A stretch of 63,539 nucleotides of DNA, the filler included, from Thraustochytrium aureum (taxonomy: Eukaryota): NCBI GenBank assembly GCA_012862495.1. It is 5 parts of 2 records of this genome, joined end to end, with 100 filler letters (N's around TTAATTAATTAA, not from the genome) between each part and the next. Parts side by side here need not be neighbours in the genome. Positions count along the whole stretch, not along the records: positions 22,394 to 51,060 come from BLSG01000378.1; positions 51,161 to 57,862 come from BLSG01000378.1; positions 57,963 to 61,634 come from BLSG01000378.1; 2 more parts are not named here. One strand, given 5' to 3'. The notes under the pieces are model-generated. The model was not told the DNA's origin. It was given only the letters and a program-made list of their open reading frames with translations, and searched no databases. This document shows positions 46,924 through 57,963 of this stretch, one piece after another (position 1 is the stretch's first letter; the number at the start of each line of letters is the position of its first letter). A program made the translations under genes and the position numbers.

Positions 46924-47723
46924 CCGTGCCAGCAGTACTGTCTCGCATTGGTTTCGATCGGAATGGTATCCACGCTGCCGAGCATCATTGCCGACCCACA
47001 AACTACCTACTTCGTTTTCGCTCCTCGATGCCTGAACGNNNNNNNNNNNNNNNNNNNNNNNNNNNNNNNNNNNNNNNNNNNNNNNNNNNNNNNNNNNNNN
47101 NNNNNNNNNNNNNNNNNNNNNNNNNNNNNNNNNNNNNNNNNNNNNNNNNNNNNNNNNNNNNNNNNNNNNNNNNNNNNNNNNNNNNNNNNNNNNNNNNNNN
47201 NNNNNNNNNNNNNNNNNNNNNNNNNNNNNNNNNNNNNNNNNNNNNNNNNNNNNNNNNNNNNNNNNNNNNNNNNNNNNNNNNNNNNNNNNNNNNNNNNNNN
47301 NNNNNNNNNNNNNNNNNNNNNNNNNNNNNNNNNNNNNNNNNNNNNNNNNNNNNNNNNNNNNNNNNNNNNNNNNNNNNNNNNNNNNNNNNNNNNNNNNNNN
47401 NNNNNNNNNNNNNNNNNNNNNNNNNNNNNNNNNNNNNNNNNNNNNNNNNNNNNNNNNNNNNNNNNNNNNNNNNNNNNNNNNNNNNNNNNNNNNNNNNNNN
47501 NNNNNNNNNNNNNNNNNNNNNNNNNNNNNNNNNNNNNNNNNNNNNNNNNNNNNNNNNNNNNNNNNNNNNNNNNNNNNNNNNNNNNNNNNNNNNNNNNNNN
47601 NNNNNNNNNNNNNNNNNNNNNNNNNNNNNNNNNNNNNNNNNNNNNNNNNNNNNNNNNNNNNNNNNNNNNNNNNNNNNNNNNNNNNNNNNNNNNNNNNNNN
47701 NNNNNNNNNNNNNNNNNNNNNNN

Positions 47724-48944
47724 GAGCACATACGACAAGGGCACGCCCACGAGCCAGATACCGGCCATCATGGCGAGCAAGGCCTTTTCGGGCCGACCCT
47801 GGCCCTGCAATGTACTGTACGCAGAGAAGGTGACCGTGACAAGCAAGTAGGCGGCTCCGTTCAGCGCGCTGAGCTGGTCGCAAAAGCCCACTACGTCGTC
47901 GTCCGTACTGAAGAGGCGGCCGATCTCGCCGCGGAGGACAACAAAAAGGATCGCGACGGCGATGCCCATGACGCCCATCACAACAAACAGGTACTTTGAT
48001 ATTGCGCGCGCCGCCATGGGCCGGCCGGCACCGAGCTCCTTGCCGATCTTCATCGCCCCGCCATCCATGAGGCCGTAGCTGGCGCCAGACAAGAGGTCAA
48101 ACACGTTCATCATGGCGCTGTGCGCCGCCAGCTGCGACTCGCCAAACTGCGCCACCATCACCGTGAGCACCAGGAGCTGGACTTGCTCGACTACCGCGCC
48201 AAGCCCGTTGGGCAGGCACTGCTCCAAGAACGTCTTGAACCGCTTCGACGTGATCTCTCTCACGCCAAACCCAGGCCACACGTCGCGGGGGAGCCGAGCG
48301 CGCATCAGCAAAACAAGCGAGACGAGGCGCAGCACCGTGGTCAGCCCTGTCGCGAGCGGGCTGCCGTTAAAGCCAAACCCGGCCACCTCTACGCCGCCCA
48401 CGCTCAGCCCGTGGACAAACACGATATTGGAGACCAGATTGAAGGCCACGAACGCGAGGTGGACCGGCACCGTGTCGGCCACCGCGTCCATGCCGTTAAT
48501 CCACTGGCAAAAGCACGAGGTCACGGCGTCCGGAATCAGCCACAAGACGGAGAGCTTGCCAAACTGCGACGCGAGTTGGAAGACGCGCTCGTTGTCGCTC
48601 TTGGACCCAGGCAGGCTCATGGCGCGGAGGATGTCGCCCACGAAGAACCAGGAGGCGCCGATGGGCACAGCAAAGACCAGGGCCACCAGAATGCCGATTT
48701 GCAGCCACACGCCCGAGAGCTTGTGGTTGCCCGCGCCGATCGACTGGCTGGTCAGCGCGCTCACCGTATCCCCGCACCCGAACCAAATCACTACCGCGGT
48801 CACCTGAATCCACATCGTCGCGAACGCAGCTGCCGCCAGCTCCTCCGTGCCGAGTCTCCCGAGCACGGCCGTGTCCGTCGTCGTAATCGCCGTGCGCGCA
48901 AAGATCACCAAAATCTGCGGCGTTGCGCCGCGCAGCACCTCCAT
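47724..48944 (-). CDS. MATE-family efflux transporter, partial (flanked by gaps)
   Basis: TDTAVLGRLGTEELAAAA, SQSIGAGN, GFGFNGSPLAT, IGKELGAGRP..A, IGRLFSTDDDV. Confidence 0.9.
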
Positions 48945-49766
48945 CANNNNNNNNNNNNNNNNNNNNNNNNNNNNNNNNNNNNNNNNNNNNNNNNNNNNNN
49001 NNNNNNNNNNNNNNNNNNNNNNNNNNNNNNNNNNNNNNNNNNNNNNNNNNNNNNNNNNNNNNNNNNNNNNNNNNNNNNNNNNNNNNNNNNNNNNNNNNNN
49101 NNNNNNNNNNNNNNNNNNNNNNNNNNNNNNNNNNNNNNNNNNNNNNNNNNNNNNNNNNNNNNNNNNNNNNNNNNNNNNNNNNNNNNNNNNNNNNNNNNNN
49201 NNNNNNNNNNNNNNNNNNNNNNNNNNNNNNNNNNNNNNNNNNNNNNNNNNNNNNNNNNNNNNNNNNNNNNNNNNNNNNNNNNNNNNNNNNNNNNNNNNNN
49301 NNNNNNNNNNNNNNNNNNNNNNNNNNNNNNNNNNNNNNNNNNNNNNNNNNNNNNNNNNNNNNNNNNNNNNNNNNNNNNNNNNNNNNNNNNNNNNNNNNNN
49401 NNNNNNNNNNNNNNNNNNNNNNNNNNNNNNNNNNNNNNNNNNNNNNNNNNNNNNNNNNNNNNNNNNNNNNNNNNNNNNNNNNNNNNNNNNNNNNNNNNNN
49501 NNNNNNNNNNNNNNNNNNNNNNNNNNNNNNNNNNNNNNNNNNNNNNNNNNNNNNNNNNNNNNNNNNNNNNNNNNNNNNNNNNNNNNNNNNNNNNNNNNNN
49601 NNNNNNNNNNNNNNNNNNNNNNNNNNNNNNNNNNNNNNNNNNNNNNNNNNNNNNNNNNNNNNNNNNNNNNNNNNNNNNNNNNNNNNNNNNNNNNNNNNNN
49701 NNNNNNNNNNNNNNNNNNNNNNNNNNNNNNNNNNNNNNNNNNNNNNNNNNNNNNNNNNNNNNNNNN

Positions 49767-49821
49767 CCGTCGATCTGCTCGTCGATCTGCTCGTCGATCT
49801 GCTCGTCGATCTACTCGTCGA
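49767..49821. repeat. 12-bp minisatellite (CGTCGATCTGCT)n at a gap edge
   Basis: About 4.5 visible copies. Confidence 0.9.
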
Positions 49822-50199
49822 CGCGGTCCTTGACCGTGATGTGATCGAGTGCCAGGACCTGTAAGGCCAAGCGGCGATCGAAGGACGAGGTGGGACTGGT
49901 GATGACTTGGTTTGTCCCGGCCTTCATGTGGAGGAGCGAGGCGCACAGGTCAACCCACTGGCACGGCGCCCCAAAGGCCGAGGCGAAGGTGCTGCTGCGT
50001 GCGCACAGAACAGCTTGTCATTCAGTCAAAAGCATGATAGTGATAATAGGGAGTAAAGAGGAGTTTCCGCGAAACTGGCGCCCGCGGGCCGCACGGTCAC
50101 GACAAAAGGTGAGCACCCCCCTGCTTCCCGCACCGGCGGCGAAGGCAGAGAAAGGCGCGAGGGCAGGCTCTGGAAGTACCGTAGGTGGAAAACAGACTC

Positions 50200-51060
50200 C
50201 TAACGAGCGTTGCCGCCCGACCAGTTGTTGTACTGCTGCTGCTGGTGTTGCTGCTGGTACTGCTGGTGCGTCTGGTGCATGGACTGCTGAGTAAAGTAGT
50301 GCTGGTTGGGCCCGCCGTAGCCCGGGGGGACGCCTTGCTGAGGCTGCTGGCCGGGCGGCTTTTGGCCGCCGGCGTTGCCCGAAGGACCGCGCCCGCCTTG
50401 GCCGCCGCGCTGCTGCTGCTGCTGCTGCTGGGGCTGGCCGGCCTGGCCAGGGTACATGCCATCGTAGCCCGTGAAGCTGTGCTGCCCATACATGCTCGCG
50501 GGCGGCATGTACTGGTTGTTCGGCTGGTAGTACGGCTGGTACTGCTGGTACGCGTACCCTTGGTAGCCATACGAGCTGTTGCCGTAGGGCTGGTTGAGCT
50601 GCTGCTGCTGGGGCATCGTCGGCATCGCCATCTTGCTCTGCTGGTGTTGGTGCGGGGGCGGCATCTGCTGCGCCTGTTGGTGCGGCACCTGGTACGCCTG
50701 CGGGGCCTTCATCTGCTGGCTCACGCCGCGAACCGGGGGCACAGCCATTCCAGGCGGGGGGGCCACGCCAGGGGGCGCAGCCGGGCCAGGGTACGCATGC
50801 GGGTTGCTGCTGTCATAGTACCCGTAGCCTTGCTCTGCGCCAGGGTAAGGCGCGCTGTATGCAGACGAGTACTGCGCTGCGGGGTCGTTGTACATCGGCG
50901 CGTGCAGGTCGGCAGCGGGTACCTGGCTCTGGAAAGCGGCGTGTTGGTGGTGATGCATGGGCTGAAGGTGCGGGTGCTGGTGCATGGGAGGAATCTGCTG
51001 CACCTGGTGGTGCGACTGCGTCACCTGCTGAGCAGGCGAGCTCTGCTGCTGCTGCTGCTG
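50200..51060 (-). CDS. 3' part of a Q/P/Y/G-rich low-complexity (prion-like) protein
   Basis: YGNSSYGYQGYAYQQYQPYYQPNNQY, polyQ, almost no charged residues; 5' end cut by the scaffold end. Confidence 0.8.
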   Translation of the reverse strand, partial: QQQQQQSSPAQQVTQSHHQVQQIPPMHQHPHLQPMHHHQHAAFQSQVPAADLHAPMYNDPAAQYSSAYSAPYPGAEQGYGYYDSSNPHAYPGPAAPPGVAPPPGMAVPPVRGVSQQMKAPQAYQVPHQQAQQMPPPHQHQQSKMAMPTMPQQQQLNQPYGNSSYGYQGYAYQQYQPYYQPNNQYMPPASMYGQHSFTGYDGMYPGQAGQPQQQQQQQRGGQGGRGPSGNAGGQKPPGQQPQQGVPPGYGGPNQHYFTQQSMHQTHQQYQQQHQQQQYNNWSGGNAR

Positions 51061-51104
51061 NNNNNNNNNNNNNNNNNNNNNNNNNNNNNNNNNNNNNNNN
51101 NNNN

Positions 51105-51116
51105 TTAATTAATTAA
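51105..51116. other. Artificial scaffold-joining linker
   Basis: TTAATTAATTAA within N runs. Confidence 0.97.
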
Positions 51117-51631
51117 NNNNNNNNNNNNNNNNNNNNNNNNNNNNNNNNNNNNNNNNNNNNCGAGGGGGAGGGGCGGGCGTCATTGCCTTGCAGCTCTTGC
51201 ATGTAAAGCAAGCCGAATGCGGCGTGCGCGAGCGCGCGTCCTTGCACGGCTTCCGTTCTCGATGTGAGGTCTTGCACGGGAGCGCACAACACGACGCCAG
51301 ACCACCTCATTCAGATCAATCACATCAACCAACCATTCATCCACCGAGTCTTCCTGCCAGACTTTCTTTGAACAACAGCGCCGCTCGCCTCATCAGGCGT
51401 TGGACGCCTCGGCGTTGTGCCACGCAACTCGAAAACGCAAGTCCTTCCGGCGACCTGCTCCATGTTCTTTTGATGCCATCAACGCTCACACCGCCAGCCT
51501 CGCAGACCAGCCTCGCAGACCACCAGCTGGAACGGACTCTGCCGCGCGGGCTGGCCCTGGAACACGTGCGAGCGCTCTGCGAAGCTCTCGTTTTCCACTT
51601 GCAGTGCGAGTCGGCAGCTCGCGAGGTCGCC

Positions 51632-54196
51632 ATGGCGGCGATTCCAAGGTCCATCTTGTGCTTTGGCGACTCGCTGACGGCGCACGGCGCGAGCGAGACG
51701 GACGGGTGGACGAGCCTCCTGGCTGCGCACTGCGCAAGCAAGCTCGATGTCCTGACGAGGGGGTTTTCGGGGTACACGTCCAGGTGGGGCCGAGCTGCGT
51801 GGGGGTCGCTTTTGGACGAGGCCAACGTGAAGGATATCGCGGCCGTCGTGGTCTGGTTTGGCGCGAACGATGCGGTTCTCGCGGCGTCTGGGTCCAAACA
51901 CTTTGTCCCGATTGACGAGTATGCCGACAACGTTTCGGCCATCGTGGAGAGCGCCTGGAAGCGGTGCCCCAACCTCCGCGCCGTGCTGGTGCTGACTCCG
52001 CCGCCCGTCGACGTCGCGCAGAGGCTCGCGTACCAGGTCATCAAGTTCGGCGATAAGGCAACTGGCGTCGTTGAGCGCTCGTATGCCAACACGGCCCTGT
52101 ACGCTTCGGCCTGCATGGAGGCCGCCGCCGCGCTTGGGGACGGGGTCGCCAAAGGCGTTGACGTCATGTCGGCATTTGTGAGCCACGAAGGCGGCCACAG
52201 CGCGCTCCTTTCTGACGGACTCCACCTCTCGAGTGACGGACAACGCGTGGTGTTTGAGCTGGTCCGGGACGCGCTGACAAGGGCCGACCCGAGCGCGCTG
52301 GACCCGGCGCAGCTTTCCGGACGGTTGCCTGGCCACCTCGAGGTGCCGACCCGGCCGGGGCTGCTTGACGCGGTGCACCGAGAGCACCCCGGCAAGCTGG
52401 TGCACGTGTTCCGAAACGGTCATCTGTGGGATTGGCAAACCGGCGCGTTCCTCAGTGGCATGCAGATGGCTGTCCGCGCCGGCCGGATCGAGGAGATCGC
52501 TCCAGAAGGCACACCTCTCGCAGCGGTTGGTCGTGACAGCCCGGTCGAGTTTGAAGACTTGGAGGGCGGATTTGTTGTGCCAGGTCTCGCTGACGCGCAC
52601 ATCCACGTGTATAGCATGGGCGAAAACCAGGCCAACATCAACCTCCAGGGTTGCGAGTCGCTCGAGGAGCTCTGTCGCCGTGTCGAGGCCTTCGTGGCTG
52701 CCAACCCCGAGCGCGATTGGATCGTAGGCACAGGGTTTGACCACGAAAAGATGGGCGCAATGCCGACGCGGCAAGACCTTGATGCTGTCATCCCGGAGGG
52801 CACCAAAGTGTTTCTTTGGCGGGTCTGCTTCCATATCGGCGTTGCCAGCACCGCGGCGCTCGAGTTTTCAGAAGTGCCGCTCAGCAACCCGCAAGCACCG
52901 GACGGCGGTGCGATCGACGTGGACGCGAGCGGGTCGGTCACAGGCGTCCTGCGCGAAGCAGCCGTCAACCTCGTTCTGGGGCGGATCGCTGAGCCCAAGG
53001 CCGAGGTCGCGGGCAAGTACCTCCTGGACGGCCTTCGCGAGTGCCTCGAGAGTGGTCTGACCAGCGTGCAAACCAACGACGCAAGGGCTTTCCGGGTGTA
53101 CAAGGACCTGGACGACCGGGGCTTGCTGCCTATCCGCGTCCACCTCACCGCTGTGCCGGGCGACCTCGAGGAGCCTTACCACAGCGCGAGCGGCATGCTA
53201 CACTGCGACCGAATCAAGATCTTCACGGACGGGGCGCTTGGGGCCAATACCGCTGCGCTGCGACAAAGCGACGGGTCGCACCGCGGAATCCTCATGCACA
53301 AGCAGGACGAGCTCGACGCCCTGTCGCGGACGCCCACGCCAAGGGGTTTCGNNNNNNNNNNNNNNNNNNNNNNNNNNNNNNNNNNNNNNNNNNNNNNNNN
53401 NNNNNNNNNNNNNNNNNNNNNNNNNNNNNNNNNNNNNNNNNNNNNNNNNNNNNNNNNNNNNNNNNNNNNNNNNNNNNNNNNNNNNNNNNNNNNNNNNNNN
53501 NNNNNNNNNNNNNNNNNNNNNNNNNNNNNNNNNNNNNNNNNNNNNNNNNNNNNNNNNNNNNNNNNNNNNNNNNNNNNNNNNNNNNNNNNNNNNNNNNNNN
53601 NNNNNNNNNNNNNNNNNNNNNNNNNNNNNNNNNNNNNNNNNNNNNNNNNNNNNNNNNNNNNNNNNNNNNNNNNNNNNNNNNNNNNAAGAGGAAAGCTGCC
53701 GTACTCTTACTGCTGGCTGCGGCTCGTGCATGCTGGCGTGCAGGTTGCCGGCTCCAGCGACTGCCCTGTCGAGCCGTGTAGTCCGCTCAAGGGCATGTTT
53801 GATGCGGTGTATCGACCGCGCTCGCATGTCAAGTCGCCCCCGGCGGACGACAGCGCCGTATTCTTGCCCGAGGAGCGGCTCTCGGCGGTGCAGGCGCTGC
53901 AGCTCTATACGCTTGGTGCCCAGTTTGCGGCTTGCGCAGAGGGGCGTCGTGGGCGCCTCGAGCCTGGATTTGATGCGGATCTGACCGTCCTGGACCGTGA
54001 CATTGTCGCGGCGCCCGGCACACTCCTCGAAGCGCGCGTGAACCGCGTCTACGTCGGCGGGGTTGTTCGTTTTACGCACGATGAGCGGCGCGTGGACCCG
54101 GACGCCCAGCTTCGCAACAGCGGCGCCTATGCGCCCGGTAAGGGGGGCGATCCGATGCTCTCTTGCCGGTGCCCGCGGCGTGGGTGCTGCGCCTGA
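51632..54196 (+). CDS. Fusion of an IAH1-like SGNH/GDSL esterase and an amidohydrolase-3 (YtcJ/LAF3-like); internal gap 53352-53686
   Basis: FGDSLT, RGFSGYTSRW, WFGANDA, SDGLHLS; then PGLADAHIH, RVCFHIG, IKIFTDGALG, GSSDCPV, GRLEPGFDADLTVLD. Confidence 0.88.
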   Translation: MAAIPRSILCFGDSLTAHGASETDGWTSLLAAHCASKLDVLTRGFSGYTSRWGRAAWGSLLDEANVKDIAAVVVWFGANDAVLAASGSKHFVPIDEYADNVSAIVESAWKRCPNLRAVLVLTPPPVDVAQRLAYQVIKFGDKATGVVERSYANTALYASACMEAAAALGDGVAKGVDVMSAFVSHEGGHSALLSDGLHLSSDGQRVVFELVRDALTRADPSALDPAQLSGRLPGHLEVPTRPGLLDAVHREHPGKLVHVFRNGHLWDWQTGAFLSGMQMAVRAGRIEEIAPEGTPLAAVGRDSPVEFEDLEGGFVVPGLADAHIHVYSMGENQANINLQGCESLEELCRRVEAFVAANPERDWIVGTGFDHEKMGAMPTRQDLDAVIPEGTKVFLWRVCFHIGVASTAALEFSEVPLSNPQAPDGGAIDVDASGSVTGVLREAAVNLVLGRIAEPKAEVAGKYLLDGLRECLESGLTSVQTNDARAFRVYKDLDDRGLLPIRVHLTAVPGDLEEPYHSASGMLHCDRIKIFTDGALGANTAALRQSDGSHRGILMHKQDELDALSRTPTPRGFXXXXXXXXXXXXXXXXXXXXXXXXXXXXXXXXXXXXXXXXXXXXXXXXXXXXXXXXXXXXXXXXXXXXXXXXXXXXXXXXXXXXXXXXXXXXXXXXXXXXXXXXXXXXXXXXRGKLPYSYCWLRLVHAGVQVAGSSDCPVEPCSPLKGMFDAVYRPRSHVKSPPADDSAVFLPEERLSAVQALQLYTLGAQFAACAEGRRGRLEPGFDADLTVLDRDIVAAPGTLLEARVNRVYVGGVVRFTHDERRVDPDAQLRNSGAYAPGKGGDPMLSCRCPRRGCCA

Positions 54197-54456
54197 GTTG
54201 CTGGCGAGGTGTTTATGTGCGGCGCAGAACTGGCAGCCCACGCGCATAGCCCGCTCGCCAGTCGACCTGCCAGCGGATGCTTGCGTGCGCGGGGAGCGAC
54301 TTTAGTTGTTGGTCGCGCTTTTCCAACTAGCGTAACCATTCTCCTTGTTCCGACTTGTAGCACCCCCTAACGAGCAAGCGGCGTTGGAAGCTGGAAGACG
54401 AAAGAGGGAGTGAATTTAGCTTTGGGAGCAAGAAAGGAAACGAGGGTCGGGGTGGC

Positions 54457-54948
54457 TCACGGCTGAGCAGCGCCACCTTCGAGCTCTGCAATGCCTTTGA
54501 GGATGACGCGAATGTGACCCTTTTTGACGTTCATCCCCGTCAAATCCTCGGAGGTCAGAGTGGCGATGGAGGCAATAGAGTCGAAGCCGTCCTCGACGAA
54601 AGTGTCTGTGTAGCGCGACATGTCCGACTCGAGGCCAGCGAGGAAAGCGGCAACCTGGGCGCGCGTTTCGCTGTCGACGGCGGCTTGGGCCTCAGCCTCG
54701 GCCTCTAGGCCTGCCTCTGGCTTTGCGGCGCCATCAGAGCTCTGCCCTGCGTTGTCGCTGGAACTTGGCCCCTCTGCTGCGCCGGGAAGCGCTGCCGCCG
54801 CGTCGTGCGCGGCCTCGAGCACGGCGGCCTTTTTCGCTTTTGACACGTCTAGGGCTTCGAGGATGCTAGCCACCTCTTCCTCTGACTTGCCCATGTAGGC
54901 CAAGAGCTCGCCGGGCTTGACCGGGCTCCCCTGCGGGCAGAGCGCCTT
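54457..54948 (-). CDS. 3' part of a protein with a biotinyl/lipoyl-like domain end, Ala/Glu linker and C-terminal SAM domain
   Basis: KALCPQGSPVKPGELLAYM; VAAFLAGL..DMSRYTDTFVEDGFDSIASIATLTSEDLTGMNVKKGHIRVILKGI. Confidence 0.7.
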   Translation of the reverse strand, partial: KALCPQGSPVKPGELLAYMGKSEEEVASILEALDVSKAKKAAVLEAAHDAAAALPGAAEGPSSSDNAGQSSDGAAKPEAGLEAEAEAQAAVDSETRAQVAAFLAGLESDMSRYTDTFVEDGFDSIASIATLTSEDLTGMNVKKGHIRVILKGIAELEGGAAQP

Positions 54949-55929
54949 NNNNNNNNNNNNNNNNNNNNNNNNNNNNNNNNNNNNNNNNNNNNNNNNNNNN
55001 NNNNNNNNNNNNNNNNNNNNNNNNNNNNNNNNNNNNNNNNNNNNNNNNNNNNNNNNNNNNNNNNNNNNNNNNNNNNNNNNNNNNNNNNNNNNNNNNNNNN
55101 NNNNNNNNNNNNNNNNNNNNNNNNNNNNNNNNNNNNNNNNNNNNNNNNNNNNNNNNNNNNNNNNNNNNNNNNNNNNNNNNNNNNNNNNNNNNNNNNNNNN
55201 NNNNNNNNNNNNNNNNNNNNNNNNNNNNNNNNNNNNNNNNNNNNNNNNNNNNNNNNNNNNNNNNNNNNNNNNNNNNNNNNNNNNNNNNNNNNNNNNNNNN
55301 NNNNNNNNNNNNNNNNNNNNNNNNNNNNNNNNNNNNNNNNNNNNNNNNNNNNNNNNNNNNNNNNNNNNNNNNNNNNNNNNNNNNNNNNNNNNNNNNNNNN
55401 NNNNNNNNNNNNNNNNNNNNNNNNNNNNNNNNNNNNNNNNNNNNNNNNNNNNNNNNNNNNNNNNNNNNNNNNNNNNNNNNNNNNNNNNNNNNNNNNNNNN
55501 NNNNNNNNNNNNNNNNNNNNNNNNNNNNNNNNNNNNNNNNNNNNNNNNNNNNNNNNNNNNNNNNNNNNNNNNNNNNNNNNNNNNNNNNNNNNNNNNNNNN
55601 NNNNNNNNNNNNNNNNNNNNNNNNNNNNNNNNNNNNNNNNNNNNNNNNNNNNNNNNNNNNNNNNNNNNNNNNNNNNNNNNNNNNNNNNNNNNNNNNNNNN
55701 NNNNNNNNNNNNNNNNNNNNNNNNNNNNNNNNNNNNNNNNNNNNNNNNNNNNNNNNNNNNNNNNNNNNNNNNNNNNNNNNNNNNNNNNNNNNNNNNNNNN
55801 NNNNNNNNNNNNNNNNNNNNNNNNNNNNNNNNNNNNNNNNNNNNNNNNNNNNNNNNNNNNNNNNNNNNNNNNNNNNNNNNNNNNNNNNNNNNNNNNNNNN
55901 NNNNNNNNNNNNNNNNNNNNNNNNNNNNG

Positions 55930-56094
55930 ATCCGGAGCAACAAGCACCTCTGCTCGCTCTCGCTGCGGTCGAACGACTTCACCGAGTCTGGCCTCGCGCT
56001 GCTGCGCGAGGCTGTGGAAGGAAACGAGCGCATCCAGACGCTAGACGGGACGGACAGGATGCAGGCTCTGCAGTCCATCTGCTCTGTCTCCTAG
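55930..56094 (+). CDS. 3' end of an RNI-like leucine-rich-repeat protein (absent from the ORF track)
   Basis: Manual translation: IRSNKHLCSLSLRSNDFTESGLALLREAVEGNERIQTL...CSVS*. Confidence 0.6.
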   Translation: MRSNKHLCSLSLRSNDFTESGLALLREAVEGNERIQTLDGTDRMQALQSICSVS

Positions 56095-56655
56095 CCGCCA
56101 TGCGCAGCCCCGGGGCGTCAGCGACGGAGGTGCTAGCAAGCTGTGGCTCGACGCGACGACGCAGTGGGGCCGGGCGGCCAGCCGCCGGTCGCGGTATGGC
56201 GTGGACGCGTGCCTCCCTTGCTCGCGGCTTGCTCGACCAGCCCCTGGCCCAGCTCGACCATGGAGCGCTTGTCGTGGCCCCTTCGTGCATGTGAACGAAC
56301 CCAAGGAAGGAGCACATGAGCCACCAGACACTCTTGAACGCAAGCTAAACCACAGGCACCACAGCTCCTGTTACGGGGGTCTAGCAATGTGCCGAATAGA
56401 GAGCCCCCTCAAGTGCGGTAGAGGCTCTGAGGGCAATTCCGGCGAAAATCGCTCGAACTGAAACCAGTGGAAAGCAGTCCGCTCCTCGAAAATAAGCTAC
56501 CAGCCAAGCTACCAGCTTTGTTTTAATCAAAACTGAGAAGGGTCTGGTCGAAATAGCTCTCGCCTTCGCTCCGAGTTGCCAGGCGACGAAGCGGAACAGA
56601 ACAGGCTGCTCGGCGGTCCACAGCGCCGCATCTCGACAAGGCAAAAGGCGCGACA

Positions 56656-56713
56656 CCAACCAGCCAACCGGCCAACCAACCAACCAACCAACCAACCAAC
56701 CAACCAACCAACC
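56656..56713. repeat. (AACC)n microsatellite
   Basis: Directly visible. Confidence 0.9.
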
Positions 56714-57906
56714 GGCGAGCGGGGCGGCAGCACGCCGCTTGCGAGGTTGCCTGCCAGCGTTGGCGCTGATCATGTCCAGGTGCCGGCGACCTCGCCGCGC
56801 CGGCCCCGCCCGCCGTGGTGTGAAAGAAACAAAGCCTGGAGGACTACTCAATTCGCGCGGCCAACGGCTACATGGCTGCAACCGCACCTGGGCTGTTCAA
56901 GTCGGAGTCGGTGCTGCTGGCACTGCGGAGGTGGCAATCCTGCGATATTGAGAGGGCCGCTCGCGTTTCAAGCGAACACGATCAAGGCCCCGAGGGCCAT
57001 GGGCCAACAGGCGCAGGCACTAAGGCTTTCACTAGCAACTAGTAGCGCGTCTCGAGACCTGCTCGCGCTCCCGGCGCACCTGACGATTGCAGAGCGCCTC
57101 CTCGCGGATGCGTTTCAAACCAGCACACCGTAGTGCCGCCCGCTCCCCCGACATGACGGCCATTCGGAACCGAGTACTGACCCGTCGATTGCGGCTGGAG
57201 GGAGCAGCCGTGCGAGCAGCGGGAAGCACCACCGCCGCACCGGCAAGTTCGGATTCTGGGATTGCGTGTCGACGGGCGCGGCTGCCAGTGGCACTGGCCA
57301 GACAGGAGCTCGAAACCGCGGCGTGCGGGCAGGCAACAACTCGAACCCGGGCACGTCGATGCAGCAGCAGCCGCGTCCAAGCCAGCATATTATTTGGTAT
57401 TCCCCGGGACTCTCGAAGAGCAGGTACTTCCAGGCTCGAGAGCATCTGCGATTCTGGACTGATCCTGGTGAAACCATTCGGAATTGCTGGTTCCCCTCGG
57501 ACGGTTATTATCCGCAGCGGTCGAACGGTCAGGTCTACCGGTAAGTAAGCCTGCCTGACGTGTCGATTCAGTTTGTCCGCGTCGGCGAGCCGGAGTGATA
57601 AATTCTCTCCGCCCCCTTCAAGAGTTGAATCAATCGCCGGATTCTCTGTGCGTTGCGAGAATCTGCGCCTCGCCTCCTCAGGGTCTGCCTCCTTGCGCGT
57701 TTCATTTACAATTCTCACAAGACCACCACCGTGAGGCTGTTGAGCGTCTCGCCTTCCCCGCACGAGGCCCTGAGGAGGTGAGCTCGTCCGCCCCGCCCCA
57801 GAGCCTCTGACCGCGTGCCCTCTCAGGCCAACCTAAGTACCGCAAAACGCCTTTGGGGTCGANNNNNNNNNNNNNNNNNNNNNNNNNNNNNNNNNNNNNN
57901 NNNNNN

Positions 57907-57918
57907 TTAATTAATTAA
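57907..57918. other. Artificial scaffold-joining linker
   Basis: TTAATTAATTAA within N runs. Confidence 0.97.
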
Positions 57919-57963
57919 NNNNNNNNNNNNNNNNNNNNNNNNNNNNNNNNNNNNNNNNNNNNC

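Noticed and set aside
51188..51631. 148 aa N-terminal extension of the esterase-amidohydrolase ORF
   Set aside because: Non-ATG start and no domain-like features; ATG 51632 immediately precedes the GDSL block.
56100..57861. Possible genes or ncRNA in the 1.7 kb region
   Set aside because: ORFs lack codon bias and motifs; no recognisable RNA structure.
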